A stretch of DNA of 64,000 nucleotides, taken from NCBI GenBank assembly GCA_035623825.1, contig DASPSR010000022.1, positions 96,001-160,000 on the forward strand, read 5' to 3'. How positions within the stretch are numbered: position 1 is the first letter of the stretch; every line of letters begins with the position of its first letter. Both the position numbers and the translations under genes were made by a program. The stretch comes from Nitrospirota bacterium. GTDB taxonomy: Bacteria; Nitrospirota; UBA9217. Below, piece after piece: positions 43,780 to 53,855 of the stretch. The notes under the pieces were generated by a model that saw only the letters and a program-made list of their open reading frames with translations, searched no databases and was not told the origin of the DNA.

Positions 43780-45288
43780 ATGATAAAAGTGATGTTCCTC
43801 TGCACGGGCAATTCGTGCCGGAGCCAGATGGCTGAAGGGCTGGCGCGGGAGCTCGGCAAGGACTTGATAGAGCCGTACAGCGCAGGTCTTATTGCGGCCG
43901 GTCTCCACCCCCGCGCGGTTGCCGTCATGAAGGAAGCAGGCATCGATATCTCTCATCAGAAATCCAAAGAGATCGACGAGGACCTGTTGAGGAGAATGGA
44001 TGTGGTCATCACCCTCTGCGACAACGCCGCGGAAGCATGTTCATGGATCCCTCTGGAGATCACGCGTCTTCACTGGCCTATCAAGGACCCTGTGGGGACT
44101 GTCGGCACGGAGGAAAAGATCATGCAGGAGTTCCGTCGTGCGAGGGAAGAGATCAGAGCGAAAATAGAGCGCGCTGTGTCCGAGATCAGCGCAAAAGGGA
44201 CCATAACCGTGGAGCAAAAAGCGGCCAAAAGCTCCTCATTCATAGGTTGGTTCCTTCCCCTGTGGATCATCGCCGCAATGGCCCTCGGCGTCGCACTTGG
44301 CCATCTCGTTCCTGCAATGGAGACCTTCGTCAACGAATTTCAGGTCGGCACAACCAATGTCCCCATCGCGATCGGCCTCATGCTCATGATGTATCCTTCT
44401 CTGGCCAAGGTCAGATATGAGGAACTCGGCGAGGTATTCAAAAACAAGAAAGTACTCGGATTGTCGCTGGTCCAGAACTGGATCATCGGCCCAGTTCTGA
44501 TGTTCCTTCTGGCAGCCATATTTCTCCGATCCCATCCCGAATACATGGTTGGACTCATCATGATAGGCATCGCCCGCTGCATCGCAATGATGATCGTCTG
44601 GAACGACCCAGCCTGCGGCGACCCCGGATACGCCGCCGGTCTGATCGCATTCAATTCACTGTTCCAGGTCTTTTTTTATTCCGCTTACGCCTATGTGTTC
44701 ATTACTGTGCTCCCTGCGTCGTTTGGCGTGAGGGGTGCGGTCGTGGAGGCGACCATCGGGCAGATTGCACAAAGCGTCTTCACGTATCTGGGGATCCCGT
44801 TTATCACCGGCATGGCGACCCGCTTCGCCTTGATCAGGCTCAAGGGCCGCTCGTGGTACGATCAGACCTTCGTCCCGCGGATAAACCCGTTGACGCTCGT
44901 CTCCCTCCTCTTTACCATCGTCGTGATGTTCTCGCTTAAGGGGGATAGCATCGCCAGACTCCCGTTTGATGTCCTCGTAATAGCAGTCCCTCTTCTTGCG
45001 TATTTCATCGTCATGTTCGTCGTATCTTTTTATATGGGGCGCAAACTGGAGACCGACTACGCGAAGACGGCGGCCTTGTCCTTCACGGCAGCTAGCAATA
45101 ATTTCGAACTTGCCATTGCGGTCGCTGTCGCGGTATTCGGGATAAATTCTGGGGTGGCCTTCGCCACAATTATCGGTCCCCTTGTCGAAGTCCCGGTGTT
45201 GATCGGCCTGGTCAATATCGCCAGAATCTTCCAGAAAAAATACTTTACGGTCGAATATTGCAAGATAAGAGGCTCGGAACCGCTATAG
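43780..45288 (+). CDS. Arsenate reductase ArsC (LMW-PTP fold) fused to Acr3 arsenite efflux pump
   Basis: [15 protein letters not shown] followed in frame by [38 protein letters not shown]. Confidence 0.9.
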   Translation: MIKVMFLCTGNSCRSQMAEGLARELGKDLIEPYSAGLIAAGLHPRAVAVMKEAGIDISHQKSKEIDEDLLRRMDVVITLCDNAAEACSWIPLEITRLHWPIKDPVGTVGTEEKIMQEFRRAREEIRAKIERAVSEISAKGTITVEQKAAKSSSFIGWFLPLWIIAAMALGVALGHLVPAMETFVNEFQVGTTNVPIAIGLMLMMYPSLAKVRYEELGEVFKNKKVLGLSLVQNWIIGPVLMFLLAAIFLRSHPEYMVGLIMIGIARCIAMMIVWNDPACGDPGYAAGLIAFNSLFQVFFYSAYAYVFITVLPASFGVRGAVVEATIGQIAQSVFTYLGIPFITGMATRFALIRLKGRSWYDQTFVPRINPLTLVSLLFTIVVMFSLKGDSIARLPFDVLVIAVPLLAYFIVMFVVSFYMGRKLETDYAKTAALSFTAASNNFELAIAVAVAVFGINSGVAFATIIGPLVEVPVLIGLVNIARIFQKKYFTVEYCKIRGSEPL

Positions 45289-45493
45289 ACTCTTTTATGT
45301 CCCTGCCTTTGCAATCCGCAGAAACTTTTGCTCACCGGTTTCAACTGCTCGAAAGGGGAGCAACTCTCTCATCCGAATTCATGAAAAGAATATAAAAAAC
45401 AGTTGCAAATATTTGAATATCATGGTATAATAAAATTTCTTGATATAATTCTGCCAAGAACAGACAGGATCAGAATAACAACAAGGAGGAAGA

Positions 45494-45796
45494 ATGGTAA
45501 GTTTGACAGACAGTGCGGTGAGGAAATTCAAGGAAGTTGTCGAGAAGCAGGGATCAGCAGGGGATGGCGTGAGGATTTTTGTCGTGCCTGGAGGCTGAAG
45601 CCCGTCCCTGGCTATGGACATAGCCAAAGCAGCTCAGCTCGGTGATACCACCCTTGAGCTAGACGGATTGAAGATTTTTGTGGAAGAGCGCGCCAAAGGG
45701 ATGCTCGTTAACACAAGCATCGATTTTAATGAAGGGCAGGGTTTTGTGCTGACCGGAATGCAGCCGAGTTCCTGCGGTTCTTCGTGCAGCTGTTAA
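45494..45796 (+). CDS. HesB/IscA-like selenoprotein (A-type Fe-S carrier)
   Basis: ATG 45494 with AAGGAGG RBS; MVSLTDSA...VRIFVVPGG-U(45596)-SPSLAMD...SCGSSCSC; SECIS-like hairpin. Confidence 0.88.
45609..45626 (+). promoter_or_regulatory. Bacterial SECIS-like hairpin
   Basis: TGGCTAT-GGAC-ATAGCCA, 10-11 nt after the UGA. Confidence 0.75.
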
Positions 45797-45829
45797 TTAT
45801 CACTGATATTTGACTACGTTGCCACTACC

Positions 45830-45859
45830 GCCGTCTTCATGTTGAAGACGGCTTTTTTT
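45830..45859 (+). terminator. Rho-independent terminator
   Basis: GCCGTCTTCA-TGT-TGAAGACGGC-T7. Confidence 0.88.
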
Positions 45860-46111
45860 GTGCTCCGCCCACCCCCCTGATTTTCCGGTCAAGGAATTGC
45901 ATTAAGTTTCACAGCTGCCGGAAAAAGTAGTGCTAGAATAGAAATAGAAGGTCATCCTCTTCCTGGACTCCTTGTTATGGCGATTCAGTCTGATGTCGAG
46001 GACATTTGCCCAGAGAGTGTTCTGGCAAGGGATGCCCAATCTCTCTGGCATCAATTCGCCTTTGAGCCCGGTTACGTTCCCGCTCTTAATTGAGAAGCAG
46101 GAGTTTGTACC

Positions 46112-46852
46112 ATGGTTAATATCAGGAAGTTGTCCGTAAGCGTCGAAGGAAAAAGGATACTCACTGACGTCAATCTTCATGTTGGCCGGGGAGAAACCGT
46201 CGTCTTGTTCGGGCCGAACGGTTCGGGAAAGACCTCGTTTCTGAAGACAATCATGGGGATCCCCCAGTACAGGGTGGAATCGGGAGAAATAATCTACAAA
46301 GGTGAGATGATCACCAAAAGCAGCATAGATGAGCGTGCAAGGCTTGGGATTGGCATCGTATTTCAACATCCTCCAGCGGTAAGAGGCGTTAGGCTTAGAG
46401 ACATGCTGCGTCTCTGCATGGAAAAGAAGGGCACTTTCAAGGAAGAAAGAATCAACGAGGCCGCCGAGAAATTGAATTGTACCGATTTTTTGGACAGGGA
46501 TGTCAATCTGGGCTTTTCAGGCGGTGAAATCAAGCGGTCCGAACTTCTTCAACTCCTCGTACAGAACCCCGAATTCGTAATGCTCGATGAACCGGACTCA
46601 GGCGTGGACCTCGTTAACATCAATCTTGTGGGCCGCGTAATCAATGAATTGCTTGAGAAAGATAAAAGAGAAGACAAAAGGACCAAAGTGGGGCTGATCA
46701 TAACCCATGCCGGATACATCCTGGATTATGTCAACGCCGACAGGGCGTACGTTATGCTGAACGGCACCGTGAGGTGCTCCGGCAACCCGATGGATGTTCT
46801 GGAGGACATCAGGGCAAAAGGATATGAGGAGTGTGTACGATGCCGAATGTAA
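46112..46852 (+). CDS. sufC: Fe-S assembly ABC ATPase SufC (SmsC-like)
   Basis: GPNGSGKT, FSGGEIKRSE, DEPDSGVD, C-terminal CVRC. Confidence 0.92.
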   Translation: MVNIRKLSVSVEGKRILTDVNLHVGRGETVVLFGPNGSGKTSFLKTIMGIPQYRVESGEIIYKGEMITKSSIDERARLGIGIVFQHPPAVRGVRLRDMLRLCMEKKGTFKEERINEAAEKLNCTDFLDRDVNLGFSGGEIKRSELLQLLVQNPEFVMLDEPDSGVDLVNINLVGRVINELLEKDKREDKRTKVGLIITHAGYILDYVNADRAYVMLNGTVRCSGNPMDVLEDIRAKGYEECVRCRM

Positions 46853-48066
46853 CTGTTAAGGATAAGGCGAAAAACGCTGAGAAAAAACCCGCCGTCTTCG
46901 GCCCGGACCTCGATCTCGCTTCGTATTCCATCAAGGCGAAGGAGCATGAAGAGATTCAACGATTAACAGGACTGACTGATGAGGTAAAAGAGCAGGCTGC
47001 CACCGTGGGTATTGATGCGGAGGAGACGTGCAGGGCAGGGTCATTTTTCCAGATGGACCATTCGGTCATACTTTCTTCGGCCTATCAAAGCGGCCTCGAG
47101 GTGATGAGCACCACGGAGGCGCTCAAAGAATACGAGTGGCTCAACGACTACTGGTGGAAGGCCGTGCAGGTGGACGCTGACAAGTATACTGCCCAGGCTG
47201 AGCTGCAGCAGCATCATGGATACTTTTTGAGGGCGCTGCCCGGATCACGGGCGGAATTTCCCCTGCAGGCCTGTCTCTACATGACCGGGGAAGGGCTGGC
47301 GCAGAATGTCCATAACGTGATAGTAGCTGAGGAGGGCTCGGAGCTCCATATCATCACAGGCTGCACGACATCGCAACACGTGAGATCAGGGCTGCATATA
47401 GGCGTATCAGAATTTTACATAAAGAAGAACGCAAAGGTCACCTTTACAATGATCCATAACTGGGCTGAGGACGTTGCGGTCCGGCCGAGGACAGGCACGA
47501 TCGTGGATGATAACGGCGTTTTCATGAGCAACTACATCTGCATGAGACCGGTCAAAACCCTCCAGATGTACCCCGTCACATACTGTGTCGGCGAGAACGC
47601 CACCGTGAGGTATAATACCATTTTATTTGCACCGGAGGGGTCTAACATGGATGTAGGTTCCAAAGTCTTCCTGAAGGCCAGGGGAGGCAGGGCAGAGGTT
47701 ATTGCAAGGGCGATTACGAAGGGAGGCGCCATCGTCACCAGGGGGAGCTTGATTGGCGAGGTTCCTGGAATCAAAGCACATCTGGAATGCAGAGGGCTCA
47801 TCCTATCCGAGCGGGGGTCGATCCTCGCCATCCCCGAGCTGGATGGCAGAGTGAGCGGCGTTGATATGTCCCACGAGGCGGCAGTCGGAAAGATTGCCGA
47901 GGAAGAGATCCAGTACCTAATGGCGCGAGGGCTGACCAGCGACGAGGCGACTGCCGCAATCGTCAGGGGCTTTTTGGATGTCGAGATAAAGGGACTCCCG
48001 GAGCACCTCAAGGAAGAGATAAAAAAGGCGGTTGATCTGGGGGAAAAAGAGGAACGTCTTCTGTGA
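46840..48066 (+). CDS. sufB: Fe-S assembly scaffold SufB/D family (SmsB-like)
   Basis: QNVHN, IITGC, YICM, HLECRGL, SHEAAVGKI, YLMARGL. Confidence 0.88.
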   Translation: MPNVTVKDKAKNAEKKPAVFGPDLDLASYSIKAKEHEEIQRLTGLTDEVKEQAATVGIDAEETCRAGSFFQMDHSVILSSAYQSGLEVMSTTEALKEYEWLNDYWWKAVQVDADKYTAQAELQQHHGYFLRALPGSRAEFPLQACLYMTGEGLAQNVHNVIVAEEGSELHIITGCTTSQHVRSGLHIGVSEFYIKKNAKVTFTMIHNWAEDVAVRPRTGTIVDDNGVFMSNYICMRPVKTLQMYPVTYCVGENATVRYNTILFAPEGSNMDVGSKVFLKARGGRAEVIARAITKGGAIVTRGSLIGEVPGIKAHLECRGLILSERGSILAIPELDGRVSGVDMSHEAAVGKIAEEEIQYLMARGLTSDEATAAIVRGFLDVEIKGLPEHLKEEIKKAVDLGEKEERLL

Positions 48067-48219
48067 AGAGCATGAAAATTGGATGCGAATAAACACCGTA
48101 TCTCTTGGAGCAATAATCGGATCTTGCCTTGCAAGAGACGATGCCATTAAGAATGTGAATGACCACGCAAGTCGAGCGAGGCGATTTCCCGCAAGGAGCA
48201 CCATGACGCTCTCCCGCCG

Positions 48220-48258
48220 TATTCGAAATTCAAACACCTACTATTCGATTATCGTATA
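48220..48258. promoter_or_regulatory. Tandem imperfect palindromes, candidate enhancer (UAS)
   Basis: TATTCGA-aat-TCAAACA and TATTCGA-tta-TCGTATA, 22 bp apart. Confidence 0.55.
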
Positions 48259-48377
48259 ATTCGATATTACTCGTGCCTCCCGTCAATTCCCCTTTCTTCT
48301 GCTTCATACATCATAACCGTCAGTATCATAACGTTTTTCCCTCACGACTGTGCCGCGATGTAAGCTGGCTTCCTTCC

Positions 48378-48393
48378 TGGCATGTTCGATGCA
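48378..48393 (+). promoter_or_regulatory. Sigma54 (-24/-12) promoter
   Basis: TGGCATGTTCGATGCA: GG-N10-GC, 46 nt before the PP2C start. Confidence 0.7.
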
Positions 48394-48439
48394 TAATGAA
48401 TGCTCCGAGAGAGCATGATGATAATGTGAGGAGCATGCT

Positions 48440-49375
48440 ATGAAACAGGATTTGAAAAGCTGCTTGAAAAAAATCTTCTTCAGTGCCGGAGAACAGCACA
48501 CTACCCAGTCATCATTCGTTACACATAACAACGGAGACACTCGCGTGCTCCAGCCCGCATATACCGTAAGGCTGAAACCCGAGCCGAATGAAGAATTACC
48601 TGCTTCTGCTCCTCAGGGGGGCGCAGGCACGGCCCAGCGTTCTACGGCAGAAATGTCTCTCGTCTGGTGCGGACTTACGGACACAGGCTTGATACGGGAC
48701 CACAACGAGGATTTTTTCTCGTGCAAGGCACTTGAAGAGAGCAGCTTGTTCATCGTTGCCGACGGCATGGGTGGACACGATGCAGGTGAGGTAGCCAGCA
48801 GACTGGCCGTGGAGACGGTATGCAAAGAGGTGCAGGAGAGCGCGAAGGGGGTTTACGATCCGGAGAAACTGCTTGAGCGGGCGGTGCAGCACGCCAACGC
48901 AGAAGTCATTCGCGAAGGGGTGAACAAGGGCTACATCATGGGAACGACGCTAACGCTGGCCCTCATGGCGCGGGAGAGAGCGTACATCGCGAGCGTAGGT
49001 GACAGCCGGACCTACTGGATCGAGAATGGCTCCATCAGACAGATCACGGAGGACCACTCGCTTGTTGCGAAACTGGTATCGGCGGGAAAGCTGATGAAAG
49101 AAGAGTCCAGGACCCACCCTAAAGCGAACCTGCTTTACCGCACGATCGGCACTGATGAGAATGTAAAGGTGGACACGTTCAAGGTTGACCTGAAAAGAGG
49201 TGACAGCCTTTTGCTCTGCACCGACGGACTCTGGGGAGAGGTGACGGACGAAGATATCCACAGGGTCTGTTCAACGGAGGAGGACCTGACAACAGCATGC
49301 ACGAAATTGATCCAGGCGGCGAATGATAATGGTGGTAAAGACAACATTACTGCAGTCGTGGTTAAGTTGGTGTAG
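48440..49375 (+). CDS. PP2C/Stp1-family Ser/Thr phosphatase
   Basis: TD.G..R.HNED, VADGMGGH.AGE, GDSR, CTDGL, GGKDNIT. Confidence 0.94.
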   Translation: MKQDLKSCLKKIFFSAGEQHTTQSSFVTHNNGDTRVLQPAYTVRLKPEPNEELPASAPQGGAGTAQRSTAEMSLVWCGLTDTGLIRDHNEDFFSCKALEESSLFIVADGMGGHDAGEVASRLAVETVCKEVQESAKGVYDPEKLLERAVQHANAEVIREGVNKGYIMGTTLTLALMARERAYIASVGDSRTYWIENGSIRQITEDHSLVAKLVSAGKLMKEESRTHPKANLLYRTIGTDENVKVDTFKVDLKRGDSLLLCTDGLWGEVTDEDIHRVCSTEEDLTTACTKLIQAANDNGGKDNITAVVVKLV

Positions 49376-49456
49376 GAATCGAGCAGAGGGCAGGGAAACT
49401 CTAGTATTTACCCTGCCGTATGCTCCACGCGGTTACAAGGAGAGGAGGAGCATATC

Positions 49457-50713
49457 ATGAAAGAGGATATGAAGATTCGGTGTCTCTTGAGCAAGGATAC
49501 ATTGCAGGTCTCCGAAGCGGAGCAGGCGGTGTATGCTTTCGTGGAAATCAAGGCAGAAAGCGGAATAATGTTCGGAGCCACGCCGGCGAACTTTGGCCTG
49601 GTGCTGGACCGGAGCGGGTCCATGGACGGCGAGAAAATAGACAATCTGAGGGAGGCCGTGGGATATGTCGTCGATCATCTAAACGACGACGATCTCGTCT
49701 CAGTCACGATCTTTGATGACCAGGTGGAGACGCTCGTTGCGAACCAGCCTGCAAAGAACCGTCAAGAGATCAAAAGCGGGCTCACAAAGGTGATTCCGCG
49801 CGGCGGTACCCAGATTTCAGACGGTCTCAAGGCAGGATTGGCCGAGGTTCGGAAGGGATATGCAAAGAACCGCGTGAACCGCATCCTCTTGCTTACGGAC
49901 GGTCAGACATGGGACGATGAGGATGCGTGCCTCGAACTCGCGGACGAGGCGGGGGCGCAGAACATTGCAATCACCAGCATCGGCATCGGGGAGGATTGGA
50001 ACGAGAAGCTCCTCCTCCAGCTCGCCGAGCGCTCTCATGGCAACTCGCACTGGATCCAGAACCCCATTTCGATCCTCGATGCGTTCCAACAGGAGGTTGA
50101 GGGCATGCAGTCTGTTGCCGCTGTGAACCTGAAAGTGACTGCCCGCTTGAGCCGGGGAGTAAAGCCGGTCAAGGTCTACACAACGATCCCGATGATCGCC
50201 GATGTGAGCAATAAGGCCGTAAGCGGCAGCAACGTGGTTGCCGAACTCGGATCTCTCGACGGCAAACGGGGCCAAACAATGCTCGTCGAGGCCCGCGTTC
50301 AGGCGCAGAAGGCGGGAAGGTTCCGGCTGGGACAAGTGGAAGTCACCTATGACATTCCGTCGCAGGGCGCAAAAAGGAAGAGCGTCAAGGCGGATATGTT
50401 CGTTAACTTTTCTGCTGACGCGTCTGCCGCAATGAAAGTGAACTCAGAGGTGATGAACCTCGTTGAAAAGGTAAGTGCGTTCAAGCTCCAGACCAGGGCT
50501 CTGACCGAGGCAGAGGCGGGCAATATCGCAGCCGCCACACAGAAGCTCCGGTCCGCGGCAACGGTGCTCCTGAACCTGGGAGAGGATGACCTGGCCAAGG
50601 CGGCGGAGCAGGAGATCCTGTCTCTCAGGAAGACGGGTACATTCACGGCAGCAGGGACAAAGAAGCTAGAATACGGCACCAGGAAGCTCACACAGGCAAT
50701 GACGGAACGGTGA
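49457..50713 (+). CDS. von Willebrand factor A domain protein
   Basis: MIDAS DRSGSM, GGT, LLTDG; helical C-terminus ending GTRKL. Confidence 0.9.
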   Translation: MKEDMKIRCLLSKDTLQVSEAEQAVYAFVEIKAESGIMFGATPANFGLVLDRSGSMDGEKIDNLREAVGYVVDHLNDDDLVSVTIFDDQVETLVANQPAKNRQEIKSGLTKVIPRGGTQISDGLKAGLAEVRKGYAKNRVNRILLLTDGQTWDDEDACLELADEAGAQNIAITSIGIGEDWNEKLLLQLAERSHGNSHWIQNPISILDAFQQEVEGMQSVAAVNLKVTARLSRGVKPVKVYTTIPMIADVSNKAVSGSNVVAELGSLDGKRGQTMLVEARVQAQKAGRFRLGQVEVTYDIPSQGAKRKSVKADMFVNFSADASAAMKVNSEVMNLVEKVSAFKLQTRALTEAEAGNIAAATQKLRSAATVLLNLGEDDLAKAAEQEILSLRKTGTFTAAGTKKLEYGTRKLTQAMTER

Positions 50714-50883
50714 CGTAGGATGCGAAAGAAGCACGGATGCGGAGCGTTTATTTGGCGACAATGCCGGCATCCGGCTGACAACTGTGCGTTAACCGTCGAA
50801 AACGAACATAACCTGCTGCCCGAAGGGGTTTCACGACCATAACCGCTTGAAAGCGATTCAAAAAGCGAGAGGAGGGTATAATC

Positions 50884-51327
50884 ATGAAATGCAAAGAATG
50901 TCAGATGGAAAACATTGAGGGTGCACTCTTCTGCGAGGAGTGCGGAGCAAAGCTCGAAACAATGGGCGTAATCCAGGACCCTGCTGCCGGCAGCGGCGGT
51001 GATTCGGCAAGCCTGGTGTTCAAGACCGCCGATGGGAGCAAGCTGGAAATTCCTGCCAAGGATGATGTGGTTATCGGCAGAGAAGATCCTATCAGCGAGG
51101 TTTTCCCCGACCTTGACCTCACAAACTTCGGGGGGGCCGAAGGCGGCGTATCGCGCAAGCATGCGGTCATCCATCGCCTGGGCAATGGCTTCACTATCGA
51201 GGACATGGGATCCACGAACGGGACATACCTGAACAAGAAGCGCATTCAGCCACACGTCCCGCAGACGATAACTCCCGGCGACGAGGTGAGGTTCGGAAAG
51301 CTGGCGTTCTCGCTCCAAGCCGCATAA
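50884..51327 (+). CDS. Zn-ribbon + FHA domain protein
   Basis: CKEC..FCEECG; IGR, VSRKHA, D.GSTNGT. Confidence 0.9.
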   Translation: MKCKECQMENIEGALFCEECGAKLETMGVIQDPAAGSGGDSASLVFKTADGSKLEIPAKDDVVIGREDPISEVFPDLDLTNFGGAEGGVSRKHAVIHRLGNGFTIEDMGSTNGTYLNKKRIQPHVPQTITPGDEVRFGKLAFSLQAA

Positions 51328-51530
51328 ATAAACAAGGGGCCAAAGACCAGGATTTCATCCGTTAGAGATAATGCTCTTCGCAAGGAGAGCACAGAATCGT
51401 TTCTGTAGCGCATAGGTGAGTTCTGTGTTTTTCTCTGATGAGGTAAAGGGTCACGAGTCAACCCAAATCACGGCCCCTCGTTTTTGTTTGTTGATCGCTG
51501 CTTGCCATTTACTGATTTTGGAGGTGCCTC

Positions 51531-53786
51531 ATGCGCAGATTCTCTCATAAGATACTAATGTCCGGTGCAACAGGCGCACTCGGCGGTTCAGCCGCTTGGG
51601 CCTTTGTACTGTATGTGTCAGGCGCTGCCAGGGGTGGACTGCCTACGGAGGTCATGCTCGGCGCCCTTGCGGGCATCTGCATCGGAGGGTTCATCTGGAG
51701 CCATGAAGCGCTCACTGGCAGGCAGTTCCATGCCGCAATGAAGCGCGCGGCATACGGCGCCACGGCGGGTATCCTCGGCGGCGCTTCAGGCGCGGCTCTG
51801 GGCAACACGGTTTTCTCCGCACTTGGCAGAGTGGTGGCGGACCTGGGAGGGTTCAGGGCATCCCTCGCCATGACCCTGTCCGTGGCACTGGGATGGGCAA
51901 TGCTTGGTGCGGCTATCGGCATTAGCGGTGGACTAATGATTCGGTCTCTCGACCGTTCCCTCTATGGACTGCTCGGCGGCTCTTTCGGCGGATTCCTCGG
52001 AGGCCTTCTCTTCTCCGCCTTGTCGGCAACGAACATATGGTCTGCTCTGGCCGGACTTTCGTTGCTGGGCATGTGCATCGGGGCCTTCATAAGCCTCGTC
52101 GAGGAGGCGTTCGTATCAGCGAAGCTCAAGGTAATAAAGGGAAGACACCTGGGCAGGGAATTCCCGCTCCTCAAGGAGCTGAACATCGTGGGCAGGGACG
52201 ACCGCTCCGATGTATGTCTCTCTGGAGCGGAAGGTGTGGGCATGCAGCATGCCATGATCAAGCGGAAGAAAGGGCGCTACTCTATCGAGGCAGACCGGCT
52301 GGGAAAGGTGGTGTACGTGAATCACAAGCTGACGCGGAGGGGTAGCCTATCCGACGGAGACGTCATCCGCGTTGGGAGCATCATCCTGATGTTCACAGCA
52401 GTGCGGAGAGCGGTTGCGTACGCGGCGATCATGATCATGCTCTGCGGAGCGATTGCGCTTCACGGGAATGCCGCATGGGCGGGCGACGGCGCTTCGGTCC
52501 AGATCACCCAGTTCGACCTCGGCGCATTTCCCAGGGTCAAGGCCTACATCTCGATACTTGATGAGGCAGGGAGGCCTGTGCGCGGCCTCGCGAAGGAAGA
52601 CGCAACGCTTACGGAAAACGGCCGTCCTGTCAAAATCGCGGAGATGAAGGCGTCCGGGACGGCAGGCGGGCGTGAGCCCCTCAGCTCTGCGATAGTGCTG
52701 GACCGGAGCGGCTCCATGGCCGGGAACAAGATAATGCGCGCAAAGGAATCGGTGCTCCGGTTCATCTCGCTCATGGAGCAGGGCGACCGCGCTTCTCTTA
52801 TCGCGTTCAGCGACAAAGTGGTAATGCTTAAGCCGCAGACCAGCAACCAGGGCGAGCTGAAGGAGGCGGTCCAATCAATCCAGGCCGGCGGCCACACCGC
52901 GCTCTTTGATGCAATCGCCAGGGGCGTGGAATCGGTCCGGGGGATTTCCGGCAGGAGGGCCGTTATTGTGCTGACCGACGGCATTGCAAACCGGGGTGCG
53001 CTAGATATCGGCCAGGCGATAGAGGCCGCAATAAAGGCGAATGTCTCCGTCTACGTGATCGGAATCGGTGCGGACGTTAGGACCGCTCGACTTGAGCGGA
53101 TCTCCAGCGAAACAGGCGGCTTCTATTTCTTCACCCCTTCCGCAGACGGGCTCGCAGAGATTTATGAGAGCATAAGCAGAAGGATTCACAATGAATATGC
53201 CGTCAGCTATACGACTGAGAAACGAGGAGAATATCTCAGAAACGTAACGATCTCGCTCCGATCCGGCCAGGTGGCAGTTCGTTCCTTCTTCCAGCCGGAG
53301 TCATCGCTTTTCGGCGCGGGAGGAAGCTTGCCGGTATGGGCTTTCGCGGTACCGCTCATGAGTGTTGCAGGGCTTATGGCCCTTTCAATCAGGCACCTGG
53401 AGCGGAGCTACCCCATTGGCCATTTGAGCCTCGTGCGCGGCAAAGGAACGAAAAAAGAAGTTGATGTCAACTCCACCGTGACCATCGGCAGGGACGAACG
53501 CAACGCCCTTGGGCTGTTCAAGGACAGCGCCATCGAGCAATTCCATGCCGAGGTGAAGCGAGAAGCTGGACGTTACGTCATCGAAGACAAATCTTCAGCT
53601 TCCGGCACGTTCGTGAACCAGGAAAGGATCTCGGGCAGGCATGCGCTCAAGGACGGCGACGTCATAGACATCGGCGGCAACCGAATAGTATTCAACGAGG
53701 AAAGCCATCGCGCCTGCTCGGGGTGCGGCAGTTCGGTGAAAACAAACTCGAAGTTCTGCCCGAAGTGCGGGGCTAAGGCAGCATAG
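51531..53786 (+). CDS. Multi-pass membrane protein: TM region-FHA-TM-vWA-TM-FHA-Zn ribbon
   Basis: Gly-rich TM helices, VGRD..HA.I, DRSGSM/LTDG, IGRD..HA.V..SGTFVN, CSGC..CPKC. Confidence 0.85.
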   Translation: MRRFSHKILMSGATGALGGSAAWAFVLYVSGAARGGLPTEVMLGALAGICIGGFIWSHEALTGRQFHAAMKRAAYGATAGILGGASGAALGNTVFSALGRVVADLGGFRASLAMTLSVALGWAMLGAAIGISGGLMIRSLDRSLYGLLGGSFGGFLGGLLFSALSATNIWSALAGLSLLGMCIGAFISLVEEAFVSAKLKVIKGRHLGREFPLLKELNIVGRDDRSDVCLSGAEGVGMQHAMIKRKKGRYSIEADRLGKVVYVNHKLTRRGSLSDGDVIRVGSIILMFTAVRRAVAYAAIMIMLCGAIALHGNAAWAGDGASVQITQFDLGAFPRVKAYISILDEAGRPVRGLAKEDATLTENGRPVKIAEMKASGTAGGREPLSSAIVLDRSGSMAGNKIMRAKESVLRFISLMEQGDRASLIAFSDKVVMLKPQTSNQGELKEAVQSIQAGGHTALFDAIARGVESVRGISGRRAVIVLTDGIANRGALDIGQAIEAAIKANVSVYVIGIGADVRTARLERISSETGGFYFFTPSADGLAEIYESISRRIHNEYAVSYTTEKRGEYLRNVTISLRSGQVAVRSFFQPESSLFGAGGSLPVWAFAVPLMSVAGLMALSIRHLERSYPIGHLSLVRGKGTKKEVDVNSTVTIGRDERNALGLFKDSAIEQFHAEVKREAGRYVIEDKSSASGTFVNQERISGRHALKDGDVIDIGGNRIVFNEESHRACSGCGSSVKTNSKFCPKCGAKAA

Positions 53787-53855
53787 GTTCCAGGGTCAGA
53801 TAGAAGTTTATGCTAACCCGGATAAATTCCGACCCTGGCGCGTGTTTTATTTTAT

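Noticed and set aside
46043-46062. Sigma54 promoter before sufC (TGGCATCAATTCGC)
   Set aside because: GG-GC spacing is 9 nt rather than the required 10
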